The notes: generated by a model from the sequence alone, not told the origin. Shown: positions 27,904-36,779, counted from the first letter of the stretch. The stretch is DNA of 39,260 bases from Verrucomicrobiota bacterium (GCA_045046875.1 JASFYY010000107.1:1-39260), one strand, 5' to 3'. Numbers and translations are program-made.

Positions 27904-27935
27904 AGAACCACGAATGGACACAAATTAACACGAAT
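27904..27935 (+). repeat. 32-bp inverted repeat, left arm (three ~10-mer units)
   Basis: agaaccacgaatggacacaaattaacacgaat; 30/32 match to the reverse complement of 28415-28446. Confidence 0.92.
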
Positions 27936-27945
27936 AAGAAAAAAG

Positions 27946-28386
27946 TTACCCATCAACTCTGAAGGTTAGGCCGAATCGAGAAAGCCTTTTAATGTCTTTT
28001 GTATATGCTTGGATCCTTTCTTTGTTCACATATAAATAGAAATCGTAATTCATTCCGCAAATCGACACATCGTATATTTCTGGAAGCGTCGATAAGTAGC
28101 TCTGTATAGCGGGTATCAATGACAGATTTTCTATAGTTGAATTTTCACCAAGCTCGAAACCCATCCCGCGAGTACGATTGCTTCCATTGTCTAGATAGAA
28201 GTCCACTTGGCCGTATGAATCCTCTTTCCCAAATTCAGCTAAAACACCACGCAAACCATTCTCCACCTCATAGAACTCATCATCAAAGGCCTCATCACTG
28301 ACCCCATCATCAGGTGGGTTGTACGGCGTTTCAACAAACCTTCCCCACTCCTCCTCACTCATCATTCGAATAGGAATCAACTTCAT
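27946..28386 (-). CDS. Acidic orphan hypothetical protein (146 aa)
   Basis: ORF fills the interval between the inverted repeats; visibly AT-richer than flanking genes; purine-rich SD-like tract (gaggggt) before ATG 28386. Confidence 0.65.
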   Translation of the reverse strand: MKLIPIRMMSEEEWGRFVETPYNPPDDGVSDEAFDDEFYEVENGLRGVLAEFGKEDSYGQVDFYLDNGSNRTRGMGFELGENSTIENLSLIPAIQSYLSTLPEIYDVSICGMNYDFYLYVNKERIQAYTKDIKRLSRFGLTFRVDG

Positions 28387-28414
28387 TATCTTACCCCTCT
28401 TTACTCCTCCTCCC

Positions 28415-28446
28415 ATTCGTGTTTATTCGTGTCCATTCGTGGTTCT
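28415..28446 (-). repeat. 32-bp inverted repeat, right arm
   Basis: attcgtgttt-attcgtgtcc-attcgtggtt-ct. Confidence 0.92.
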
Positions 28447-28456
28447 CTTTCCCCTC

Positions 28457-30274
28457 TTACTGTTTTTGCTCTTTGTCGCAGCTCGCATCAAGTGGCATCG
28501 CTTTACCCACTTGTTCAACCGGGTGGGTGAACAAATAGCGCCACACGTTTTCGTGGACAAAATTGCCTTCGGCATCCTTCCATGCACTGCCTCCCGGCTG
28601 CACTGAGGAATGCGCTCGCCTCACATTTCCTTTCACATCAAAATCGGTGATCAATCGGCGGCTATTCTCAAAGGGTGGCTTGGACTGATCCACATTCACA
28701 ATCGGCCCGAATTTATTCAAACCGATCAACTCCCATGAGCGGCAATAGTGATCTGCCGTCCAGCCGCCATCAAGCACATGGGAAAAACCAAAATAGCGAT
28801 TCTCCGGAGTCGCTGATGGCAACTTTTGCCACACCTGGTGTTGATCCCTTGGTCCGCACAACATCACCACCCGGCTGACTTTTTTATACTTGGCAAATCG
28901 CGCCGAAGTGGTCGAACCGTGGGAACTGCCCGCCATGATCACATCATCCCAACGCAGATCCTTGCCATCAGCGGTAAGAAAATACTGCCAGCCTCCCTGG
29001 GGGTTTTCCTTCGCCAACCACATCACAAACTGCCTCGCCCGCTCCATCATGCCGTCCGGCTGGGCAATCGCCACATCCTTACTGAAATCCTCACCGGTCG
29101 CTGCCTCGATCCGAACGTTGCCACGGCAATGCTCGCCAACCGGCTTCTCCAGACAGACTTTGCCAAACCACTGCTTGGCATAAGCGATCTGAACCGCATG
29201 CAGGCCATAATCCGCCAATCGCTCGAACAATCGGCCATTATGACCCATCATCCAGATCACTAATTTGCCACGCGGAGCGACACTGGTATCGACAATCGCA
29301 TTCTCCAAATCACCGGGTTTTTTATCATCACCAAAAACAAAACCAATCTCGGGATATTCCTTCGTTCGCGAATCCAACTTGCTCGCCCGAGCAGAAAGGT
29401 GATAGCGCTGTGGCTTGGCATCTTTGTATTCAAATTTTGCCGAGCTCGGCAACTGCGCCGCAATGCTCTTCGCCACCTGTCCACCTAACACTGCGTAACC
29501 ACTGCCCTTAAAATGCACATCCTTGGGATTTTGAAATTCAGCCAGTTTTGGCAACATCAAAGCATACAAATCGTCAACCACGATGCCCTGCTCCTTCATC
29601 ACTTTCGCCGCCACCCGATTGCGCTCCACAATCGACTTTGCCCATTTTGCGTCATCCTGCCAATCCTCGGGAATCGGCGTGGTGCTGGCCCAGATCAGAG
29701 TCTTACCTCTTTTTTTCAGGCGCTCAATGAGCGTATTCAAGCGTGCCTCATAATCCTTCAATGGGGTTCGGCGATCATGAATGCCAAAGTTGAAATGGAT
29801 CACATCCCAATCCCCTTTGCCCAACCACACATCCAGTTTTTTCAGCGCCGTCGCCGTAGGACCGCAATTTTCCGGAGCCCGGTGCACATTGACTTTACCC
29901 GCCAGCGCTTTGCGAGTCGCTGCGGTGTAACCTCGCGAAACAGAATCTCCAATCAACAACACCCGTGGCAGCGCGGGGTCATCTTTCACATAATCCCAGG
30001 CAGTCGCGCTGCCCTTCACTTTCGCCCGTTTATAGATCGGCAAATAAAATCCACCCAGGTTTTCCTCCAAAACCGTCTCCCATTGCTGCTGCTCAGCAGG
30101 CAATCCCGCTTTCCAAGTCGCAAACTTCTTATTGGTGATCTCATCCTGCTTGGCTTTTTCCGCTTTTTGCGCTGCCGCCTCCTTGGCATTAGTGGGCTCG
30201 CCGGCGCCGTTCCCGATCATGGGAAAATATAGAAAAGCCGCAGTGAAATAACAAAAGGTGGTTCGCAGATTCAT
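28457..30274 (-). CDS. Secreted SGNH/GDSL hydrolase fused to an alpha/beta-hydrolase-like domain
   Basis: 605 aa. N-half: LLIGDSV, FNFGIHD, DVHF (DxxH variant). C-half: GSSHG (GxSxG elbow), FSHVLD, HSSV. Confidence 0.8.
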   Translation of the reverse strand: MNLRTTFCYFTAAFLYFPMIGNGAGEPTNAKEAAAQKAEKAKQDEITNKKFATWKAGLPAEQQQWETVLEENLGGFYLPIYKRAKVKGSATAWDYVKDDPALPRVLLIGDSVSRGYTAATRKALAGKVNVHRAPENCGPTATALKKLDVWLGKGDWDVIHFNFGIHDRRTPLKDYEARLNTLIERLKKRGKTLIWASTTPIPEDWQDDAKWAKSIVERNRVAAKVMKEQGIVVDDLYALMLPKLAEFQNPKDVHFKGSGYAVLGGQVAKSIAAQLPSSAKFEYKDAKPQRYHLSARASKLDSRTKEYPEIGFVFGDDKKPGDLENAIVDTSVAPRGKLVIWMMGHNGRLFERLADYGLHAVQIAYAKQWFGKVCLEKPVGEHCRGNVRIEAATGEDFSKDVAIAQPDGMMERARQFVMWLAKENPQGGWQYFLTADGKDLRWDDVIMAGSSHGSTTSARFAKYKKVSRVVMLCGPRDQHQVWQKLPSATPENRYFGFSHVLDGGWTADHYCRSWELIGLNKFGPIVNVDQSKPPFENSRRLITDFDVKGNVRRAHSSVQPGGSAWKDAEGNFVHENVWRYLFTHPVEQVGKAMPLDASCDKEQKQ

Positions 30275-30302
30275 ATTAGGTATTTGATGTTGATACGGTC
30301 AT

Positions 30303-30341
30303 AAAAAAACACCCGCCCTTCAAAAGTAAAGGACGGGTGTT
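30303..30341 (-). terminator. Rho-independent terminator after the cytochrome c gene
   Basis: Minus strand: aacacccgtcctt...aagggcgggtg stem ending in a run of seven T. Confidence 0.75.
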
Positions 30342-30368
30342 GTTTGATTTGATTTTAAGCTCAAGCGA

Positions 30369-30812
30369 TCAATGATCCTCTTTATGCTTGTCGTGACACT
30401 CCTTGCACGATTTGGTCATGCCCTTAAAAGCCGTCGCTGTCGCTTTGGCGTCCTTGGCTTGAGCTGCCGCAATCACCGCATCGCTGCCATTGCGCAACGT
30501 TTTTGTTGCCGCATTGGCCCACACCCCATCCGGACAACGTTTGTCTTCCATCAGAATGTAACTGGTTTCATTCAAGATCTCGGCATGCTCGATCAACGAC
30601 TCCCAGTCATCGTCCGTTTTCGGACCAGCTGCGATTTCCTCTTTTAATGCCTTACAATGAGGCTTGACCACATGCTCCATCCAGTTCTCCGTGCTCAAAG
30701 GACGCTTCTCGCCTTTGGTCACTTTGGCAATGCCGTTGGCTATCATGCCCATTGTTACAACCGTCACTCCAAGCAGAGCCATCGCCATCCATTTTTTGTT
30801 ATTTTTAATCAT
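30369..30812 (-). CDS. Class II cytochrome c (cytochrome c'-like)
   Basis: 147 aa. Signal peptide, helical body, single C-terminal CKECH haem motif. Confidence 0.85.
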   Translation of the reverse strand: MIKNNKKWMAMALLGVTVVTMGMIANGIAKVTKGEKRPLSTENWMEHVVKPHCKALKEEIAAGPKTDDDWESLIEHAEILNETSYILMEDKRCPDGVWANAATKTLRNGSDAVIAAAQAKDAKATATAFKGMTKSCKECHDKHKEDH

Positions 30813-30918
30813 TTGTCAGTATCAGGGTTTTGTTTATTTCAAATTCAGCTACAGCACGCCTAACATGGTCTAATCCTCAAGCAGCTGTCAATCTGAAAAT
30901 CCCCAGCTTTCCTCACTC

Positions 30919-31210
30919 GGGGTGCAGGACAAAAAAGTTAGCCATTGTTTATTGAAAGCCACCTTATCACCCATCAACATCATTCCGCCCTTTTAGGGCT
31001 GGTAATATAACCGATTTAACCCCGGCGCTTCGCACCGGACTATCACATTTTGTCCTTTCAGGACAGTTTGCTTTCATTTCTTTTGCACCAACGGTGTTCA
31101 ATGATATAGCCCAGTGCGAAGCGCCTGGTAAAAAATCCAATTCTCCCAGCCCTGCAAAGGCAGGCGAAATACATAGAGGTCAGCAGCTTAACTTTTTTGT
31201 CCTGCACCCT
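30919..31210. mobile_element. MITE-like element, copy 2, with perfect 21-bp TIRs and candidate 8-bp target duplication
   Basis: gggtgcaggacaaaaaagtta (30920-30940) and taacttttttgtcctgcaccc (31189-31209); flanks cctcactc (30911-30918) and cctcacac (31211-31218); no transposase. Confidence 0.9.
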
Positions 31211-31295
31211 CCTCACACAGATGAAAACTAGACGGCTCCGCAAAAACATTGCACAGTTATAAGCTTTCACTTCCCTCCCTCACAATCCCCCTGTT

Positions 31296-32600
31296 ATGAC
31301 AGAGCAAGAATCAACACCAGCTGAAACTGATCCGGCCGCCGTTCGTCGAGTGGTCGCCGCTAGTTTCATGGGTACCATGATCGAATGGTATGACTTCTTT
31401 TTATACGGAACGGCCGCCGCCCTGGTATTCAATAAACTCTTTTTTCCAGAGCTCGACCCGGCAACCGGTAGCATTGCCGCCTTGGGAACCTTTGCACTCG
31501 GTTTTTTTGCCCGGCCCGTCGGCGGGGTCTTTTTTTCCCACTTCGGTGATCGCGTAGGCCGCAAATCGGTATTGGTCACCACCCTCATGCTGATGGGCGT
31601 CGCCACCTTCCTGATCGGTCTGCTTCCCACCTACGAAACCGCCGGCATCTGGGCCCCCATCCTGCTGGTAAGCCTGCGTTTCATCCAGGGATTTGGTGTG
31701 GGGGGCGAATGGGGTGGCGCGGTTCTGATGGCGGTCGAACACGGCCACAAAGGCAAACGCGGTTATTACGGCTCGTGGGTGCAAGCCGGCGTACCAGTGG
31801 GACTGCTACTCGCCAACGGGGTTTTCAAATTGTGCTCGCAAATGCCCGAGGACGACTTTCTCGCCTGGGGTTGGCGCATACCTTTTTTACTCGGCATCGT
31901 GCTGCTTGGCATCGGTATGTTCATCCGCCTACAGATCACGGAGAGCCCTTTGTTTTCAAAGCTAAGCAAAGAAGGAGGGAAAGCCAAAATTCCCATCATC
32001 GAAACCCTCAAGCGTCATCCGAAAAATGTAGTTCTAGCGATGGGCATGCGCTTTGGAGAAAATGCCGGTTTCTACATCTTCACGGTCTTCGCTCTGACCT
32101 ACGCCACCGAGCAACTCGGCCTGCCCAAGTCAACCGTGCTCAACGGGGTATTACTGGCCGCCGTCGCGCAACTGATTGCCATCCCCTATTTTGGCAAATT
32201 GTCCGACAAAATCGGTCGACGACCGGTCTACATGGCAGGAGCCACCGCACTGCTTTTCTTTCCCTTCCTATTTTTCGCCCTGCTCGATACCCAGTCCACC
32301 GTTCTGATCTGGTTAGCCATCATCTTATCGCTCATCATCCACTCCGCCATGTATGGCCCGCAAGCGGCATTTTTCTCCGAACTGTTTGGCACCAATGTGC
32401 GTTACAGTGGCGCGTCGCTGGGTTATCAACTAGCCGCCCCCTTTGCCGGCGGGCTCGCACCGATGATCGCCGCCTTACTGCTGAAATGGTCAGACGGTGA
32501 TCCCTGGCCAGTAGCCGCCTACCTCACCGTCACCGCCATGATCACTCTGGTTTCCGTCTGGCTCGCCAAGGAAACCCACCAAACCGATCTGGATCACTGA
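31296..32600 (+). CDS. MFS transporter, metabolite:H+ symporter family (ShiA-like)
   Basis: 434 aa. GTMIEWYDFFLYG, ARP.GG..F.HFGDR.GRK, GGEWGGA, GWRIPFL, SDKIGRR. Confidence 0.92.
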   Translation: MTEQESTPAETDPAAVRRVVAASFMGTMIEWYDFFLYGTAAALVFNKLFFPELDPATGSIAALGTFALGFFARPVGGVFFSHFGDRVGRKSVLVTTLMLMGVATFLIGLLPTYETAGIWAPILLVSLRFIQGFGVGGEWGGAVLMAVEHGHKGKRGYYGSWVQAGVPVGLLLANGVFKLCSQMPEDDFLAWGWRIPFLLGIVLLGIGMFIRLQITESPLFSKLSKEGGKAKIPIIETLKRHPKNVVLAMGMRFGENAGFYIFTVFALTYATEQLGLPKSTVLNGVLLAAVAQLIAIPYFGKLSDKIGRRPVYMAGATALLFFPFLFFALLDTQSTVLIWLAIILSLIIHSAMYGPQAAFFSELFGTNVRYSGASLGYQLAAPFAGGLAPMIAALLLKWSDGDPWPVAAYLTVTAMITLVSVWLAKETHQTDLDH

Positions 32601-32610
32601 TCCAGATCGG
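32584..32610. terminator. Perfect 27-bp palindrome over the MFS stop codon; possible terminator between convergent genes
   Basis: ccgatctggatca-c-tgatccagatcgg. Confidence 0.5.
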
Positions 32611-32631
32611 AAAAATGACGCGCAACCATTA

Positions 32632-32964
32632 TTACTTTTTCAACTGAGCGTCGATTTGTTTTTCAGCCTCGAACCAATGCCCTACGGTATTGCCCGAAAA
32701 ACCTGATTTTTCAGCCAAATAATAAGCTGCGTCCTGGATCATCTGATAACGCTGCTCAGCGCTCAGCGCCTTGTTATTTCGTTTTTTAGCTGCCACTTTT
32801 TTCTTAGCAGGCACTTTTTTTGCAGGAGCCTTTTTCTTGCTAGCTACCTTTTTGGCAGCTGTTTTTTTAACAGCTACTTTTTTAGCCGCCGGCTTGCTCA
32901 CCACTTTCTTTTTTGCCGCTTTTTTAGCTACAACTTTTTTCTTTACAGTTTTTTTCGCACTCAT
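32632..32964 (-). CDS. DUF2934-like protein with histone H1-like Lys/Ala-rich N-terminus
   Basis: 110 aa. About 60 aa of (P/A/V)AKK repeats, then R..MI..AAYYLAE..GF......W..AE.QI. Confidence 0.82.
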   Translation of the reverse strand: MSAKKTVKKKVVAKKAAKKKVVSKPAAKKVAVKKTAAKKVASKKKAPAKKVPAKKKVAAKKRNNKALSAEQRYQMIQDAAYYLAEKSGFSGNTVGHWFEAEKQIDAQLKK

Positions 32965-33132
32965 CGGTATTTTGTCTTCAAGATTCAGGGTTCAGCCTCC
33001 CTTAACACAGCTAAAAGCATCTTCAATGCCAATTGATAAAAGAAACCTTACCCCTCAGTCAAGCCAAAGCCCGCTTTCTTTATCAACCCTTTTGTCACAT
33101 GGGCAAAAACACCTCCACCCTGAAATCTTAAA

Positions 33133-33867
33133 TCATTTCACCCCCCAAGCACCCATTTTGGCTTTTTTCGCCTGAGCTTCCATTTGATAAAGCCGTTTTT
33201 TGTATTTTTTACCTACTTGCAAAGCTCCCTCCCCCTGACCCACCCCGTCATAACGGCCCGAGCTATAATCATCCTGATTCCCCGGCCCTTTGGTGTAAAT
33301 ACGCGCCAAGCCATTTTCCACCAAAGCCGCGCTCAGGCGGTTCTGATTGGTTTCGGTCGAACCCGGCAACCAGACAAAAGCATAATAACGCTCGCTATCG
33401 AACACACTCTCCCATTTTGTCATCACCGTGAACGATTTCCCTTTCAGCTGTTTTTCAGTAAACGCCTTGGCTTGCAGCCCGATTTCCACCGCTTGCTGAG
33501 AACTCAACTCACCAAAATACCTGCCCTGATCCGCCACTCGTTTGCGCTGATCCTTGTATTTATCCGAAATATACTTCTCCGGGGCATCCACAAAGTATAA
33601 TCTAACGGTGTATTCGTTGCCCTTGTGCTTGACCACAAAACTATCCCCATCATTATTCCTTTGATCCACCCATTGACAGCCCTCAAGCAACTCAAATCCG
33701 CCGATATGCCGGGTCTTTGATGTCGCCGAAGCCTGGCCCTTTTCTTCAGGGAAGTAGTCCTGCTTCAAACGCGCACCGAATTTCGATACCACCACTATGG
33801 CAATCGCGATCAAAATCGCATAAGGGCGGAGCTTTCTGGCAATACTGGGGCGATTAGATTTTGGCAT
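33133..33867 (-). CDS. Thermonuclease (SNase-like) family protein, membrane-anchored
   Basis: N-terminal TM; DGDS, VRLYFVDAPE, RY.A.V, LVENGLAR, E..AK..KMG.W. Start is 33867 or 33888. Confidence 0.85.
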   Translation of the reverse strand: MPKSNRPSIARKLRPYAILIAIAIVVVSKFGARLKQDYFPEEKGQASATSKTRHIGGFELLEGCQWVDQRNNDGDSFVVKHKGNEYTVRLYFVDAPEKYISDKYKDQRKRVADQGRYFGELSSQQAVEIGLQAKAFTEKQLKGKSFTVMTKWESVFDSERYYAFVWLPGSTETNQNRLSAALVENGLARIYTKGPGNQDDYSSGRYDGVGQGEGALQVGKKYKKRLYQMEAQAKKAKMGAWGVK

Positions 33868-33919
33868 AATTTCAAAAAGCGCATACATTTACAAATTCCA
33901 TCACGAAAAGCGAGCACAT

Positions 33920-34534
33920 ATGACAGAAAAAAATCCAACCAACTGGGAGCAACACTACCTTGATCAAGAAACCCCATGGGATAAAGGCCGCCCGGCTCCC
34001 GGACTAGCCGCTTTTCTAAAAAACCACCCTGCACCCACTGGTCGCGTTCTGGTGCCAGGATGCGGATTGGGTCACGATGTGCGCGCACTCTCTGCCGCCG
34101 GTGGCGATGAAACCGAAGTCATCGGTTTCGACCTCTCTCCCACCGCGATGAAAATCGCCGACGATTTTCCCAAAGTAGGGCGCGAACATTTTTTGACCGG
34201 CGACTACTTTAATCTGCCCGATGAACTGCATGCCAGCTTCGATTGGATCTGGGAGCACACCTGTTTTTGCGCCATCAATCAAGAAGACCGTAAAACCTAC
34301 GTCGAAGCCTCCGCTACCGCACTGAACCCCGGCGGGCATTTGCTGGCCGTGTTTTATCTCAATCCCTACGATGAAGAGCACCAACCCGGTGAGGGGCCGC
34401 CGCACGGCTGCTCGCTAGAGGAACTGGAAAAACTGTTTGGCGGATCATTTGAGATCAGCGAACAGTGGCAACCCGACGACGCCTACCCCGGCCGTGAAGG
34501 CAAAGAACTGATGATGATTCTGAAAAAACGATGA
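33920..34534 (+). CDS. SAM-dependent methyltransferase, thiopurine/thiol-halide (TPMT-like) family
   Basis: 204 aa. W...Y....TPWD.G.P.P, VLVPGCGLGHD, D.IWEHTCFCAI, GPP.G. Confidence 0.85.
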   Translation: MTEKNPTNWEQHYLDQETPWDKGRPAPGLAAFLKNHPAPTGRVLVPGCGLGHDVRALSAAGGDETEVIGFDLSPTAMKIADDFPKVGREHFLTGDYFNLPDELHASFDWIWEHTCFCAINQEDRKTYVEASATALNPGGHLLAVFYLNPYDEEHQPGEGPPHGCSLEELEKLFGGSFEISEQWQPDDAYPGREGKELMMILKKR

Positions 34535-35223
34535 GCTTTTTTGCCCCACAGAGAAACACCGTTGCTGTCAAAATCTGCGGCATCACTCGTGCTGGTCAAG
34601 CCCAACAGATCGTCGAGCTCGGTGCCGACGCCATCGGCATCAACTTCTGGCCAAAATCCAAACGCCACATCGATATCGAACAAGCCCGCCCGTGGCTGGA
34701 CGAATTAAAGGACAGCGTCACCCGTATCGGCGTATTTGTGAACCCCACCAGTGACGAAGTCATCCGTATTCTGGAAAGTGGAGCCATCGACCACGCCCAA
34801 CTGCACGGTGACGAAAGCCCACAAATGCTCGATGAGCTGTTACAAAAAGGCCTGTCAGTTTACAAAGCCCTGGGCATCAAAACCGCAGACGATCTGGATA
34901 AAATCGACGCCTATCCCGGCAATGCCATCCTGCTCGACGCCTACGCACCGAGCGAATACGGCGGCACCGGCGAAGCCTTTGACTGGAATCTCGGCAAACG
35001 AGCCGTCGAACGTTTTTCAACTCAGAAAAAAATCATCCTCGCCGGCGGACTGACCGCAGAGAACATCGCGCAAGCGATCGCTCAAGTATCGCCCTTTGCC
35101 ATCGACACCGCCAGCGGCGTAGAATCCGACACCCCCGGCATCAAAGACCTCGACAAGGTGCGCTTGTTCATAGAAGCTGCCAAAAAAAACGAACTACCAA
35201 TAGACACCAATAAACCCAAATAA
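34531..35223 (+). CDS. trpF: Phosphoribosylanthranilate isomerase
   Basis: 230 aa. VKICGIT, S.R, GVFVN, QLHGDE, LLDA...GGTG..FDW, ILAGGL, D.ASGVE. Confidence 0.96.
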   Translation: MSFFAPQRNTVAVKICGITRAGQAQQIVELGADAIGINFWPKSKRHIDIEQARPWLDELKDSVTRIGVFVNPTSDEVIRILESGAIDHAQLHGDESPQMLDELLQKGLSVYKALGIKTADDLDKIDAYPGNAILLDAYAPSEYGGTGEAFDWNLGKRAVERFSTQKKIILAGGLTAENIAQAIAQVSPFAIDTASGVESDTPGIKDLDKVRLFIEAAKKNELPIDTNKPK

Positions 35224-35302
35224 AATGGGACTGATAACTCCACCCTTTTTACCCACTCACACAATATTCTACCCTCCTAGCTTCTAACTCCTATATTCTA
35301 CT

Positions 35303-35605
35303 ATGTACATCGCAATGAACCGTTTCCGTATCGCGCCTGGTTTTGAAGAAGCCTTTGAAGAAATGTGGCGCAGCCGCAAATCCTACCTCGATGAAGTGCC
35401 TGGCTTCAAAAACTTTCACTTCCTCTGTGGACCAAAAACCGACGAATGCACGCTCTACGTCTCACACTCCGTTTGGGAATCGCATGCCGCCTTCGAAGCC
35501 TGGACCAATTCCGACAGTTTCAAACAAGCTCACGCCCGAGCCAAATCCCCCGAAGGCATGCACCTCGGCCACCCGAATTTCGAAGGCTTTGAAGTGGTGC
35601 TGTAG
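35303..35605 (+). CDS. ABM-domain monooxygenase, IsdG/HmuQ-like putative haem-degrading enzyme
   Basis: 100 aa. Asn (AMNRF), Trp (FEAWT) and His (FKQAH) in the positions of the IsdG catalytic triad. Confidence 0.8.
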   Translation: MYIAMNRFRIAPGFEEAFEEMWRSRKSYLDEVPGFKNFHFLCGPKTDECTLYVSHSVWESHAAFEAWTNSDSFKQAHARAKSPEGMHLGHPNFEGFEVVL

Positions 35606-35614
35606 TCCCCCCCC

Positions 35615-36706
35615 CTACAAATCCAACTGATAGCGCGTACTGCGTCCGCCTCCAATCGAAACCAATACCCCCAATTCCACCAGCTCTATCAAATCACGGG
35701 TAGCCGTGGCTTTGGAAATTTTAGTGATGGCCAGATATTTGCGAGCATTCATCCCTCCCTTGAAACCGTCCGCCCCCTCTTTGAGCATCCGTCGCACGAC
35801 CTTCAATTGCCTGTCATTCAAGTTATCTTGATGACGATCAAAGAATTTTGTTTTACACAACACAAATTCGACCTGCTCTTCTGCAGCCACTTGTGCCCGG
35901 CTCACCAGATGAACAAAATATCTCACCCAATCAGTTACCCTATTGGATTTCTGTGCCGTCTCCAACGCCTCATAATAGTCATTCCTATTGGCCTCTATTG
36001 TCCGGGACAAACTCAGCAAAACAGGACGCCCCAAACCCTGCGACAAGGCTTTCTCCGCTATCGCCCGACCGACTCTCCCATTCCCATCTTCAAAAGGGTG
36101 AATGCTTTCAAAATACAAATGAGCAAGAGCCGCCCGAACCGGAGCCTGCTTGATCTCACTCGCACTGTCATTAAACCACTTCAAAAACGAATCCATTTCC
36201 TTCGCCACCTGACACGCAGGAGGAGCTTCAAAATGAACCTTGCTCCGACCTGCTCGCCCTGAAACCACCTGCATAGGATCACCCAATTCACGCCACTGCC
36301 CCACCAGCACCCCCGTAGATCCTTTCATGATCATGCTGTGCCAATAAAATAGCGACTCCTTGCTTAATTTCTCCTGCCAACTTCCCCTCACATCCATCAT
36401 CAGCTCTGCTATCCCCCGTGCCGCCAAATCCCTAACCGGCTCCACAGGCACGTTCAAACCCAACTGATTCCGTAAGGATGAAACCACATCAGAACGGCTC
36501 AGATACTCTCCTTCAATTTGCGAAGTTTTGATAGCTTCGGCTAGCATCACGTCTATCACCGCATCCTGACAAATCGATTCAGGCAACCCCTTCAACATTC
36601 CATTCACCTGCCCTGCTTTGTCAGCAAAAAGCATCAATGCTTCCTGCAAACCACCCAGTTCAAAAGAGAATACCGGCCAATCCGCTTGCTGCCAATTATA
36701 TAACAT
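35615..36706 (-). CDS. Fic family protein (DUF4172-type N-terminus, C-terminal wHTH)
   Basis: YNWQQ.DWP.F N-terminus, inhibitory motif TSQIEG, intact HPFEDGNGRVGR, C-terminal SKATATRDL...GGGRSTRY. Start set at ATG 36706. Confidence 0.92.
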   Translation of the reverse strand: MLYNWQQADWPVFSFELGGLQEALMLFADKAGQVNGMLKGLPESICQDAVIDVMLAEAIKTSQIEGEYLSRSDVVSSLRNQLGLNVPVEPVRDLAARGIAELMMDVRGSWQEKLSKESLFYWHSMIMKGSTGVLVGQWRELGDPMQVVSGRAGRSKVHFEAPPACQVAKEMDSFLKWFNDSASEIKQAPVRAALAHLYFESIHPFEDGNGRVGRAIAEKALSQGLGRPVLLSLSRTIEANRNDYYEALETAQKSNRVTDWVRYFVHLVSRAQVAAEEQVEFVLCKTKFFDRHQDNLNDRQLKVVRRMLKEGADGFKGGMNARKYLAITKISKATATRDLIELVELGVLVSIGGGRSTRYQLDL

Positions 36707-36779
36707 GAGCCGATTATACCCCCTAATCGGCTCATAATAAAGCATTTTTTGAGCCGATTAAGCCCTCTATTCGGCTCAT
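36705..36779. promoter_or_regulatory. Double palindrome at the fic start, putative autoregulatory operator
   Basis: atgagccgatta-N7-taatcggctcat (36705-36735) and tgagccgatta-N7-tattcggctca (36750-36778); 44-bp period. Confidence 0.75.

Noticed and set aside
27904..28446. Integron gene cassette (attC)
   Set aside because: The repeats flank the gene on both sides in inverted orientation, lack the RYYYAAC/GTTRRRY attC arrangement, and no intI is present.
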